DNA from: Octopus vulgaris | Taxonomy: Eukaryota | Direction of reading: 5' to 3' | DNA length: 64,000 nt | NCBI GenBank assembly: GCA_951406725.2 | Contig: OX597829.1 | Location: 11,098,001 to 11,162,000, forward strand | Program-made: the position numbers and the translations under genes | The notes under the pieces: model-generated | The model's database searches: none | What the model was told of the DNA's origin: nothing | Seen by the model: the letters and a program-made list of their open reading frames with translations, nothing else | In this document: positions 27,448 to 41,305 of the stretch, one piece after another | How positions within the stretch are numbered: position 1 is the first letter of the stretch | Layout of the letters: each line of letters starts with the position of its first letter

Positions 27448-27730
27448 CTGTTGTGTCTGGGGAGAGTCATTCTCTTTTAATGCCTTATTATTTAACACAC
27501 TCACCGGTAAAATTTCCACTTATTTTTTTATTTTTATTTTCTAAAATTTTCGTTGCGTCTTGCAACCTTTTCAATTGGCTTGACACTCAAGAGTCAAGAC
27601 TATTGAAAAGGTTGCAAGATGCAATGGAAATTTTAGGAAAATAAAAATAAGAAAAAAAAGTTGAAATTTTACCGGTGAGTGTGTTAAATAATAAGGCACT
27701 AAAAGAGAATGACTCTACCCAGACACAACA
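27448..27730. repeat. ~280-bp fold-back inverted repeat with a variant HHR in each arm
   Basis: Arms TGTTGTGTCTGGGGAGAGTCATTC... / ...GAATGACTCTACCCAGACACAACA. Motif TTGAAAA-G-GTTGC aagay GCAAY-GRAA-ATTT-TAG. Confidence 0.85.
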
Positions 27731-27741
27731 CAATGTGTATA

Positions 27742-27785
<44 letters not shown>

Positions 27786-28256
27786 CAGGTAGGTAGGTTG
27801 GTAGGTAGGATAGGTAGGTAGGTAGGTAGGTAGGTAGGTAGGGTAAATCCTAGCTGTTTCTTCTTGAAACACATCTGCTTTTTCCATTATTACAATCACT
27901 ATGTATCCATAGCTGCATCAAAATGCATATTAAATTGGAAGCTATGGAAATATTATCTGTACAGTTATATTATAACAAAACGGAAAAGTGGAAATTCTTG
28001 GGTATTGTTTTTTCACCATTACGTGTGTTTCATTTGCTAACAGGAATCACAAAGATTTATATGTTAGATAGACATGTAAGGAATTTCCTATTAGAAATTT
28101 GTGAGACAAAAGAAAAAATTTCTCTGTCGAATTTCCATAGGAAATTCCTTACTGTTTAACATGTATATCGTTGAAGTTCCAATTAGCAAATGAAATACGT
28201 CGAACGGAAAATAAATAGTACCTATATATATATATATATATACATGTATATACATG

Positions 28257-28377
<121 letters not shown>

Positions 28378-29124
28378 TTGTATACATATATGCAAGCGGG
28401 TATGCTTGTCTGTGAATATATGTTTTTGTATGTATGAACACATAAAGTCATTCTGGAAAACAGGACCTGCAGGAATGACCGGATATATATTAAATAAATA
28501 ATAAATTGCTAGATTGTCACGAAATCACCAAATGACCATATTAGGGGACAATAGCCAGTGAGATGTAAATAGATATCTGAAAACTGAAAACTGTTTAGGA
28601 CTCAAAAGTTGCTCTGAGACAGCAAAAAGCCAGAGTAAGTAATGCGAGGAATTCTGTTTCAATTTTTTAACAACTCTGAGTGTATGTCTGTATGTATGTG
28701 CATGTCTGTGCAAGAGTGTGTATGCGCATACGCGTATATGTACATGCATTTATGAGGATGGCTACTGAGTGGCTAACTTTAAGTTCTGCTTTGATATTTA
28801 GCCTGGTCTCACGAGTGTAAATCATGCAGACGAGCACACACACGGTATAGGATTTACTTATTATGAGAAACCAATTGTAACCTGCATGTGATTACGAATC
28901 TCTCATTAGAAGCGTGGAAATACATACATGTGAGTGTGTGTGTGGAGAAAGGACAGTGAATGCATTCACTTTTCAGATTGTCGTTCCATTCTCATCGGTC
29001 GTCGTCCTTAACAATCTTCATTTACTTATTCTGTTACAATCTATTAATTCATAGTCTATTTAATAAATATCTACACTTTCCCACGGGTCCTACTAACCAC
29101 GTTATCTTTATATTTACATACAGG

Positions 29125-29189
<65 letters not shown>

Positions 29190-30003
29190 CATACACAGGC
29201 ACACACAAAGTAAGAGAGGAGGACTATAAAGCCGCCACAGTAGATGTATTTTTGTGTATATAGATGTGGCATAGATATGATATGATTTGATGCGTCATAT
29301 ATATGTGTGTGTATGCGTGTGTGTGTGTTTGTATATATATGCAGACAGACAGACAGAGAGAAGGAGAAACATGTACATATATATATATATCTGCATATGT
29401 GTGTATGCATGTTTCTGTTTGTGAACGTATATGTCTGTGAGTGTATCATGCCTGTGAATATCAATTAATTTTAAAGTTAGTGTTTTTTTGTAACAATGTC
29501 CTCAATATTTTATTACTCTTATCTCTTTATATCTTTATAATAATCAATCTAGAGTTCTATCATTGCTAATAGACCTTGTTGTTAATGATGATGTTGTTCT
29601 TGAGCTGCGTGTTTTTGTATGGGTGGGAGAGTCACTTGTTATTTATGTTGCTGTTGGTTTTGTTTTTCCGGCGTATGTTATTTTTTCTCTTTCTATAACG
29701 AACTACATTCTTAATCTATGATACTCGCTTCTCTCTGTTCTTTCTTATACCGTGTACATCCATCTATCCATGTCTTTTCCTCCCCGGCTCTCTTTCCCTC
29801 CCTCTCTCTCTCTCCCTCTCTCTCTCTCCTTCTTTCTCATGTTCCACACATACACACTTATTTACTTGTGACTCCTCATCCTTACTCTCCATCTCTCCCT
29901 TACTCTCCCTCTCTCACTCTCTTCTAAGGCACGGTTTCTCATGCAATGTGCCCAGAGAGAAAAGACAACATATATCTTTATATATATATATGCATACATA
30001 TAT

Positions 30004-30108
<105 letters not shown>

Positions 30109-31149
30109 AACTTATACAAATATATAAATATATTTAGATGTATGTGTGTATGTATGTATGGATGTATGTATGTATATGCGTGTATATGTGTGTATGTATG
30201 TATGCATGCATGTATGTATGTATGTATGCATATGTGTGTCTGCAAGATTCAAACGTCACGTCTACTACAATATCAACCTGCACGACCACATGTTTATCGT
30301 GCAATGAGGAAGAAACGCTTGGAAAATGAAAACTCAGCTTAAAAGCAATGGAAAATATGTTGGGTTAGACAACTTTTCCAAATGAAAAATAATGCCTCTT
30401 TGCGAGGGGAAATATTGTAGAAAACACTGAGGACGAAGTTTCAACAATCTTAAAGCGTTAATGAACAAAATGACGCGTCTCTGGTGCTTTTTGAAGAAGT
30501 CATAATTTTACAAATCCACGTTAAGTTCAGAATATAAACAACATGCAAAAGGTAGATTATTCACAAAATAAAAATCACGGCATTATACAAAAATAAAAAT
30601 GTTGGTGTTCTTCCATATCAAAATATCTCAAAAAATGCACATGGGAGCGTTTGGTTCCAGTCGAAAATATTTTGAGAACTGGTTAAGTGAAAAACATGTG
30701 GTGTGCCCTCATTCAAGATAGTCAGTAATCTTTCACGTCTTAGATTATATCTGGCTTAGCAATTTGCGTTGCTATAAAGGCAACTAAATATCCAAATTGA
30801 AGGAGTGAATAAGGTAAAATTCAGGTTCTATATGTTTCCAAGCTAGCAGATCCTCTGGTATAATAATTTCTCAACGAGGGAAACTCTGCTGAGTGCTCAT
30901 AAGGCCGAAGGTAACTTAATTATATGAAGTTACACTTCTATTGTAGCAGCCTCGAATAAGCAAAAGCTCTCTCTCTTTACTATCAAAACTCACATAACTA
31001 CAACTCTACTAATACAAATAATCAACACACATACATATATAGCATAGATACCATTACACTTGCTCATAACCGCAACCCAACCCATTCTACTGACAATACC
31101 CGAAACGCCACCACAATCTCTAATGCCCTGGCAAATAGCAGAAGTAAGA

Positions 31150-31545
<396 letters not shown>

Positions 31546-31619
31546 TTTCAAATAACAAATAATAACAAACATAATTTTCGGTTTAAAAAAAAAAACCAAA
31601 AAAAAAAACCTTTTTTTTT

Positions 31620-31773
31620 TTTTTTAGACATTCATTAGTACAACATCCCCACCCCCAAATATATGGCACACTAGGCATAACAACAACATGAACTTCCAAC
31701 CCTGTTGTCTCTTGAGGTCTCTGGGTGAGACTTGGAGCCAACTTGTACAAATATAAAGCAAAAGTCAAACATA

Positions 31774-31775
<2 letters not shown>
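31620..31775 (+). mobile_element. Dong/R4 3' UTR fragment
   Basis: Reverse-complement match to 61333-61480; ends in (TAA)n. Confidence 0.8.
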
Positions 31776-31807
<32 letters not shown>

Positions 31808-32359
31808 CCTGATGCAGTACCAGGCAGTGGCTCTCATGGCTTCTGATCTTAACTGATTGGAAGTGTTATCATGTACATTGTTTTGTCTTGGTATAAAAGA
31901 TGGGCTACAGCAAATATTCTGCTCAATACCACAGATTTGCTTGTCAGTTGTTTGACCTTAACCAGTTGAGCATGTCCCTTAGTGGCTGACGATATGTGCA
32001 TCTCTGATCACGAGCAGAAGTAGTGGGGGAGCATCATGGCCATGTGTTGAGAGGGATTCTTTGGAGTTTGAATGGTTCACCTCTGGAAACATAGGTGTTT
32101 CGTTCAACATCCTAAAGCAACCCTTATTCAGGGACCGTTAGAGCAGGATGGGCTACTCAACCTGAAGAAAATTCTAACTGGGCCCCACCTGCAAGGTCAT
32201 GTGCTGTTTATCTTGATATGAGATCACCATGTCGCGCACATATGGTTGTGATGCATGTGCCTGGTGTACCTTTATCAGACGGGTAGTCATGATGGGTATA
32301 TTGGGCTTCGTATATTTTACCCCAGTGTCACTTTGATGGCATGAACTGCTCTCTCACTC

Positions 32360-32360
<1 letters not shown>
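31808..32360 (+). mobile_element. ~550-bp non-coding interspersed element in (TAA)n, copy 1
   Basis: Highly similar to 32459-33008 and to the reverse complement of 61797-62352; bounded by TAA repeats. Confidence 0.9.
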
Positions 32361-32397
<37 letters not shown>

Positions 32398-32458
32398 TAA
32401 TAATGATAATAATAATAATAAAAAAATAATAAAAATAGACAATAAAACAACATCAATT

Positions 32459-33007
32459 GATGCAGTACCAGGCAGTGGCTCTCATGGCTTCTGATCTTAA
32501 CTGATTGGAAGTGTTATCATGTACATTGTTTTGTCTTGGTATAAAAGATGGGCTACAGCAAATATTCTGCTCAATACCTCAGATTTGCTTGTCAGTTGTT
32601 TGACCTTAACCAGTTGAGCATGTCCCTTAGTGGCTGACGATATGTGCATCTCCGATCACGAGCAGAAGTAGTGGGGGAGCATCATAGCTATGTGTTGAGA
32701 AGGATTCTTTGGGGTTTGAATAATTCACCTTTGGAAACATGGGTGTTTCGTTCAACGTCCTTAAACAACCCTTATTCAGGGACCTTTTGAGCGGGATGGG
32801 TTACTCGATCTGAAGAAAATTCTAACTGGGCTCCACCTGCAAGGTCATGTGCTGTTTATCTTGATATGAGATCACCATGTCGCGCACATATGGTTGTGAT
32901 GCATGTGCCTGGTGTACCCTTATCAGACGGGTAGTCATGATGGGTATACTGGGCTTCGTATATTTTACCCCAGTGTCACTTTGATGGCATGCTCCGCTCG
33001 CTCACTC

Positions 33008-33008
<1 letters not shown>
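32459..33008 (+). mobile_element. ~550-bp non-coding element, copy 2
   Basis: GATGCAGTACCAGGCAGTGGCTCTC...CTCACTCAATAATAA, as in copy 1. Confidence 0.9.
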
Positions 33009-33051
<43 letters not shown>

Positions 33052-33068
33052 TAATAATAATAATAATG

Positions 33069-33203
<135 letters not shown>

Positions 33204-33205
33204 TA

Positions 33206-33631
33206 GGCGCAGGAGTGGCTGTGTGGTAAGTAGCTTGCTAACCAACCACATGGTTCCGGGTTCAGTCCCACTGCGTGGCATCTTGGGCAAGTGTCTTCTG
33301 CTATAGCCCCGTGCCGACCAAAGCCTTGTGAGTGGATTTGGTAGATGGAAACTGAAAGAAGCCTGTCGTATATATGTACGTATATGTATATGTATATGTA
33401 TATGTGTATGTGTGTGTGTTTGTGTGTCTGTGTTTGTCCCCCTAGCATTGCTTGACAACCGATGCTGGTGTGTTTACGTCCCCGTCACTTAGCGGTTCGG
33501 CAAAAGAGACCGATAGAATAAGTACTGGGCTTACAAAGTATAAGTCCCGGGGTCGATTTGCTCGACTAAAGGCGGTGCTCCAGCATGGCCGCAGTCAAAT
33601 GACTGAAACAAGTAAAAGAGTAAAGAGAGAG
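33206..33631 (+). mobile_element. SINE family B, full length
   Basis: GGCGCAGGAGTGGCTGTGTGGTAAG A-box, GGTTCAGTCCC B-box, CTTGGGCAAGTG CORE-like segment, internal TG repeat, AAAGAGT tail. Confidence 0.92.
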
Positions 33632-33639
33632 AACTTTTC

Positions 33640-35265
33640 ACCCCCTTCTATAGCGTCTCTTCTGATGATACTACCTCCTCAGTTACCGAATACGGTCCTC
33701 AAAATTCACCTAATTGTAATTGCCGTCCTGGAACCACCTGCATGCTACAAACCCATTGCAGAATTTATAATGTTACCTATAAATACACGGACCTTAACGA
33801 ATTACACAAATCTACAGCCATATTCATAGGATCAACAAAAGATTTTAAGCAACGATATGCCACTCATCTCCACTCTTTTAGATACGATAAACATAGTAAA
33901 TCTACAACTCTCGCCAACCACATACATCACCTGAAGAATGCAAATATACTCTATACTCTATTATAGTCCATAATAGACACAGGACTTCCCTACCGAGGTC
34001 AACGCTCAATCTGCAAGCTTTGCCTGATATTAAAGTACAACTCTCCAACACTGCTAAATGCAACCACCGCCTTTATCACACATTTAAATTCTATCACAAA
34101 TCCAAATGCCAGAATGACCATACAGTACACTTCCGCAATAATTCTTAGGTAATCCCATTAACTTATAACTTTACACTCTAAATCATAATCCCTATCAATT
34201 TTCTCACATATGCAACCATCTGATTATATTCGTTTCCATATAAACGCGCGCACACCCATGCGCGCGTATATGTGTACGAGCGAGGATATGCATTTTTGCA
34301 CGCATGTGGGTATATATAAACATATGTACACATGCAGGGTATAGATAACTGCATATGCAGGAACCATAATACATGAGGATTGTATTTGTAAGTTATCTGA
34401 TGTATACATGTATATACATTTTCACATATATATTTTTCTCAGACTAATTAACACTGCTATTTCCTTAATTCTTCATATATTTGCCTCACAATTAGAAGCT
34501 ACTACTACACATAGGTATTTCCTCTACCTCTTAACCCCGCCCCCATTCCTCTATCTTTTACACTATAATACCTTTCTCTCTCTATCCCCACTCCTACTTT
34601 CAAATTATCTCCCCTGACCACTGACCAACCTATATCTTAATTTTTCTTTTCCTTATTCCCTTTATTCATATCTTCAGGAGTTTTATTCTTTAGTTTATCT
34701 TTTGTTATTTTTACTAATCTTCTTTCTTCTTTCTCTTTCATTCTTTCTTTCTCTCCTCCTTTTTCGCTCTCTCTCTCTTTTTTTTCATTCCTCTCTTCCT
34801 GTTTTCAATTTAACCATACTAATACACTCTCTATTTCTAGGTCAGTTTAAATGCAAACCTTGAATCTGCTACACTCTCTATATATTCCCTACTGGGAATG
34901 ACCAACTTTAAGAGAATCTTACATTGCTCATAAACTCTATATCTGGATCGGCTCATATTAAACTCTGCTGGACTTTTGGATTTTACTCAAAGGATATTGG
35001 AATATTACACATATATACCATTATGTCTATAAAATGGATTTACGAATTCAATACCCATACATATCTTACATCTATTTTCTTTCTTCCACATCACTCTCTA
35101 TTTGTATCACATCTAAACTAGCTATGATTTAATTTTTCCTCTCACACCGTCTCCGATGAAGGGATATTATTATTAATTAATATTCTAGAAACAGCTGTAA
35201 GACCTTCTATCTATAAATGCTCTAATATCTATACAGCCTTGGTTTTTTTATCTCATTACGCAAAA
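33640..35265 (+). mobile_element. Penelope-like element remnant (GIY-YIG endonuclease, 3' UTR, HHR)
   Basis: IFIGSTKDFKQRYATHLHSFRYDKHSKSTTLANHIHHLK followed by CKLCL; HHR at 35149-35203. Confidence 0.8.
35149..35203 (+). ncRNA. Type I hammerhead ribozyme, CCGAUGA core
   Basis: GTCT-CCGATGA-A-GGGATATTA...TAATATTCT-A-GAAACAGCTGTA-AGAC, with palindrome ACAGCTGT. Confidence 0.75.
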
Positions 35266-35269
35266 AATT

Positions 35270-35314
<45 letters not shown>

Positions 35315-35392
35315 GTACATGATATATCATAATATATACATGCATACATACATACATACATACATACATACATACATACATACATACATACA

Positions 35393-36020
35393 TCGGAAGG
35401 ATACTTCCGAAGACAAACAAACCCCCCACAACATGGTAGAAGCTATATACATTCATAATGAAATGGAATACTGGTGGAATATACCAGTGAAGGCCTCAAT
35501 AAAAAGGAAGCACAACAGACCTGATATAATGATTTGGGATAGAGAAGAGAAAGTGTGCACAGTTGTGGAAATTAGCTGCCCAGCAGATTTAACATAAAGC
35601 TGAAGATCAGTGAAAAAGAGAATATCTACGCTGAATTATTGAGAAATTTGCAGTTAATCTATCCAGATTACAAGTTCAGGGTTATACCTGTAATTAATTA
35701 AGCCCTGGGATATGTATCACATATTGAGAAATTAAGCTTCTCAAAACCAGAAAGGAGAAGACTCAATCCATCACTGGAACTGTAAAAATCCGTAAAACGT
35801 TCCAGAAGTTTATCATTTAAATATATATGAGCATGTCTGGATACGCAACAATATGCAGGACAATACATACAAATCTGCACATACACATACATACATAAAT
35901 ACATACAAACGAAAATACCGTTTTTTGATGTTGAAATTCCAATGAAGGAGTCTTGAATTTAGGTTAGAAACCGCCTCTTTCTCTATTGGCAAGAAATCTT
36001 GAAATAAAACTGAACAATGA
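35393..36020 (+). mobile_element. 5'-truncated R4-like RLE retrotransposon flanked by (TACA)n
   Basis: EYWWNIPVK...HNRPDIMIWDREEKVCTVVEISCPAD (PD-D/E nuclease). The 3' end AATAAAACTGAACAATGA is followed by (TACA)n. Confidence 0.85.
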
Positions 36021-36104
36021 TATACATACATACATACATACATACATACATACATACATACATACATACATACATACATACATACATACATACATACATA
36101 CTTA

Positions 36105-37925
36105 CATATGTAAGGAAGTCTGAAGGATATCTCACTGGTTCACGAGGAAACAGAAATACCAAAATTACTCACTGTTTCTTTGTGGATGACTTGAAACTAT
36201 ATGCAAGAAATATGCACGAAACGAAAAAGGATAAAGGTTAGCATTTGGTCAGAGTAAATGTTGCTATAGGGTTGCAAAAAGAGGGAAAACTGAAAACCAG
36301 ACTAACAACATTTCCATCAATGACCTAACTGCTTCTCCTATATCTGATGAGGAATGTTACAGGTATCTAGGGGTAGATAAAAACATACCGATGAAAACAT
36401 ATCTTACAATGGCACCTGTAACAAAACACGTGTCACTAAATAATATTACAGCCCAAAAAAGGCATTTTGGACCTCAGAACTCTCTGTATTCAATAAAACA
36501 GTGGCCCACAATGTGTTTGCCGTGTCAGTTCTCATACCAATATTTGGGATGCCTGGTTGAGTGCTTGATGAGATCAAGATACTAACAAGCACACATAATT
36601 TCCACATAAACAGTGACGTAAATCGCCTCTACCTAAAACGAAACATGGCGGCAGAGGCGTAACATCGACTCAGGCTGCCTTTGCATGTCGTATCATATCC
36701 CTTTGAAACATCTTTTAACCACCAAGTGTCGAAATGCAACTCTTGATCAAGTTTGTATACACGAGGTTGATATCATAAGACTTGAAAGGCAGCTCCTTGA
36801 GCAATATTCCTTGTCTTATAACCTTAAATACTTGCCCAAAGCAGTCGCACGACTCTACCACAACATATCATGAGATGAAAGGATGAGCGTATATCAGAAT
36901 GGATATGCTAGCAGAAAGCTAACATAAAGACGGTGAGCTGGCAGAATCGTTAGTACGCCGGGCGAAATGCTTAGCGGTATTTCGTCTGCCGTTACGTTCT
37001 GAGTTCAAATACCGCCGGTGTCGACTTTGCCTTTCATCCTTTCGGGGTCGATAAATTAAGTACCAGTTACGCAGTGGGGTCGATGTAATCGACTTAATCC
37101 TTTTCTATATTCTTGTTTGTTCCCTCTATGTTTAGCCCCGAGATGATAGTAACATCAATCATCAAAACAGTCTATCATGGCCAACAAACGGATTACTACC
37201 TCCCATTTTGAAGGGTATGCATTTTCAATCCAAGAACAGGAAATATCAACCAAGTACCTGATACACAAAAGGAATAGAGATGCAGGAAAAGCTGTAAAAT
37301 GTGACAACTGATGCACACTTTGTGAAGTTAACACGGAAGATATCACCCACATCACAGTATTATCTACTGATGAGACATGATGTTGTAGATAACACCGAAG
37401 ATAAAGAAATAAGAAACCACAGTATGGGAGAAACCATAACCACTCATAATAAAAAGGAGTACTGGTGGAATGCCCCGTTGAAAACCTCAATAAAATGTAA
37501 ACACAATAGACCTGATATAACGATTTTGTATAGAGAAGAGAAATTGTGTACAGTTGTGGACATCACCTGCCCAGCGAATGTTAATATGAAGCTGAAGATC
37601 AGTGGAAAAGAGAATACCTACGCTGAACTATTTAGAAATGTGTAGTCACTCGATCCAGATTACAAGTTCAGGTTTATACCTGTAATTGTTGGAGCACTTG
37701 GATATGTGATACACTGCCTAAGTACCAATCTTGATAAATTAGGCTTCTCAAAACCAGAAAGGAGAAAACTAATTCGAAGACTACAGATCCAGTCCATCAC
37801 TGGAACTGTAAAAATCTGTAAAACTGTCCGGAAGTTTATCATTTAAATATACATGAGCATGTTTAGATATGCAACTATATGCATGAGAATACATACATGA
37901 AGCAAAACATACAAATCTGCACGTA
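36105..37925 (+). mobile_element. Longer decayed copy of the same R4-like family (RT to RLE)
   Basis: THCFFVDDLKLY, YRYLGV and HNRPDI...VVDITCPA motifs; interrupted by SINE A at 36929-37139. Confidence 0.85.
36929..37139 (+). mobile_element. SINE family A
   Basis: Homologous to 23709-23932. Confidence 0.9.
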
Positions 37926-38461
37926 CACATACATACATACATGCATACATACATAAATACATACTTACATAAAGTGATACATACATACATGCACGCATGC
38001 ATGCATTCATAGATACATTCATACATACATACATACATGCATATATACATACATACATATATACATACATACATGCATTCATACATAAATACATACAAAC
38101 ATACATACATAAATACATACATACATGCATTCATACATTCATACATACATACATAAATACATACATAAATACATACATACATAAATGCATACATATATAA
38201 ATACATACATAAAAACATGCATTCATACATTCATACATACATACATACGTACATACATACATACATACATACATGCATTCATACATTCATACATACATAC
38301 GTACATACATACATGCATGCATGCATGCATACATAAATACATACATAGATACATACATACAAACATGCATTCATACATTCACACATACATACATAAATAC
38401 ATACATACATACATACATGCATTCATACATTCATACATACATACATACATACATACATACA

Positions 38462-38495
<34 letters not shown>

Positions 38496-39060
38496 CATAC
38501 ATACATAAATACATACATACATACATGCATTCATACATTCATACATACGTACATACATACATACATACATACATTAATACATACATACATAAATACATAC
38601 ATACATACATGCATTCATATATACATGCATACATACATACATAAATACATACATACATAGATGCATGCATACATACATACATGCATACATATATAAATAC
38701 ATACATACATACATAAATACATAAATACATACATAAATACATACATACAAACATGCATTAATACATTCATACATACATACATACGTACATACATACATAC
38801 ATACCTGCGTACATACATACATACATGCATACATACATACATGCATACATACATACATGCATTCATACATTCATACATACATACATACATACATACATAC
38901 ATACATACATACATACATAAATACATACATACATGCATTCATACATACATACATAAGTACATACGTACATACATACATACATACATACATACATACATAC
39001 ATACATACATACATACATACATACATACATACATACATACATACGTATAAACACATACAT
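37925..39060. repeat. 1.1-kb complex (TACA)n-derived satellite
   Basis: TACA units with recurring variant blocks ATGCATTCATACATTC and TAAA. Confidence 0.95.
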
Positions 39061-39606
39061 ACTGACAATACTAATGTCACTATAATCGTTATTTTTATTC
39101 CGCCTTTAGCTTGATTTATATCTTAGCTTTTGTGTGTCTTATATGCGTTTATGCATATAGGACCAGCTATCAGCCTTCGTCCTCTGTATCCCTATACATA
39201 CGAATCCCATGCTTTCAATTTATTCAGCTACCGACCAATGCCCGTCTTCCTTGCATTCTTTCTCTCCCTTTATTATCTCTCTCCTTTTTTCTTTTTCTCT
39301 CCCTACGTACTCCATCTCCCTATAAACATTCCTCTTGGTTTCTTCAAGTTTTACTGTTTTTCTTCTCGTTACCTTTTTTATTTATTTCTTCCCTTTATCT
39401 CTCTCAGTCTCTCCTCCTAATCATCTCCCTTTTTCAGTTGTACTCAAAAATGTATGGGTTTGAGTACACTCACGTGATTTCACGTGTATGTGTGTGTGTG
39501 TGCAAGTTCATATGTGTATATGCGTGTGTGCGTCCGTGCACGTATGGGTGTGCGTGTGTATGTGTGTGTGTATGTGTTTGTGAGTGTGTGTACGTGTGCG
39601 TTTGTA

Positions 39607-39692
39607 TGTGTGTGTTTGACAATTTCTTTTCACCCCACTTTACTCTGATGAACCTGGGCAAAATCCGGCATGCAAATTCATATATACACTTT

Positions 39693-39748
<56 letters not shown>

Positions 39749-39834
39749 AAAGTGTATATATGAATTTGCATGCCGGATTTTGCCCAGGTTCATCAGAGTA
39801 AAGTGGGGTGAAAAGAAATTGTCAAACACACACA
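39607..39834. repeat. Near-perfect fold-back centred on (TA)n
   Basis: ~90-bp arms GTTTGACAATTTC...CACTTTTGTGTG and their exact reverse complement. Confidence 0.95.
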
Positions 39835-39889
39835 TTACAAACGCACACGTACACACACTCACAAACACATATACACACACATACACACG

Positions 39890-39930
<41 letters not shown>

Positions 39931-39987
39931 ATGTATGTGTATTTTGTTTCATATTTATATTTATATTTTTATGATTGTACTTTATAA

Positions 39988-40111
39988 TTTCTGACGAGGC
40001 CATGAGATACATATATAAGTACCTCATTTTCAACTGCATATTACCTCAATACATTTGACTAATATAGGCAGAATGAGAAAATCTTATCTTTGGGTTGAAA
40101 CAGCTGTAAGG
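39988..40111 (+). ncRNA. Hammerhead-like motif with ~100-nt stem II
   Basis: CTGACGA-GGCC...GGTT-GAAACAGCTGTA; stem I decayed. Confidence 0.5.
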
Positions 40112-40451
40112 ACCATGTTATTTGTATTATTCTTATGGTATTATTAATTTTGCATATTGATGTATATTGTTTTGTTGGATTTGGATGTTCCTATTTATGT
40201 AGTTAATAAATAATATGAAATGATAATATCTGTAAGTTGATGATTGAAATGAATTTGTTCTTCCATTTTCTTATTTGTATTATGAATTAACGGTAAAATA
40301 TTTTACCTTCGCCCATCCGATACAATAAATGAATTAAATGCATTGCAATTATAAGCATTTATGTATTTGGCATTTGGGTGCTTCACCAGCAGTATATTGG
40401 ATAACTGATAACAGTATATTGGATAACCCTCATAACCCCTATCTTACTTTG

Positions 40452-40516
<65 letters not shown>

Positions 40517-40728
40517 TATATATATATACATATATACGAATTATTATGCCAATAATAATACACACGCACTGGTTCTATATCACTTCTTTATTGTTAGTCA
40601 ATTGGTTAAATATCTAACTAACTGATTAATCGATACGTTGTTTAATATGTTGGTCAAACAATCAATCGATTATTTGTTTGTCAAAATTCTTTCATCGCTA
40701 TTTGAACAGACCTTGAACGGAGAAGAAA

Positions 40729-40771
40729 TGTCATTGATAAGGTCACGAATATTGACGGAAGAACTTTGACA
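40729..40771 (+). ncRNA. Hammerhead variant with U3:A8 core
   Basis: TGTCA-TTGATAA-G-GTCA cgaatat TGAC-GGAA-GAAC-TT-TGACA, inside a diverged fold-back at ~40555-40900. Confidence 0.55.
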
Positions 40772-40964
40772 AATAAACAACTGATTGATTTTTTAAATTA
40801 ATACATTAAAGAAATTATCGATTAGTTATTTGGGTTGATATTTAATTGATTGACTAACTATAGAAAAATATAATTAATCAGTGCATGTGTTTATTATTAT
40901 TGACATGAAAACCTTCCCAAGACGCAAAAGGATTTGTGTCAACACACGAATTCGCATCAAGAGT

Positions 40965-41197
40965 CTTATTTCTTTATTGCCCACAAGGGGCTACACACAG
41001 AGGAGACAAACAAGGACAGACAAAGGACTAAAGTCGATTATAGCGACTTCGTTGCGTAGCAGGTACTTAATTTATCGACCCCGAAAGGATTAAAGTCAAA
41101 GTCGACCTCGGCGGAATTTGAACTCAGAACGTAGCGGCAGACGAATTACCGCTAAGCATTTCGCCCGGCGTGCTAACGTTTCTGCCAGCTTGCCGCA
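40965..41197 (-). mobile_element. SINE family A, full length
   Basis: TSD TCGCATCAAGAGTCTT at 40952-40967 and 41202-41217. Confidence 0.93.
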
Positions 41198-41252
41198 AGA
41201 CTCGCATCAAGAGTCTTGCAAAACCAAATGCAAAAACGAAGTATAAAGGGAC

Positions 41253-41305
<53 letters not shown>

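Noticed and set aside
37925-39060. Possible CRISPR-like or coded repeat-spacer array
   Set aside because: Only TACA variants; no constant repeat with unique spacers and no cas genes.
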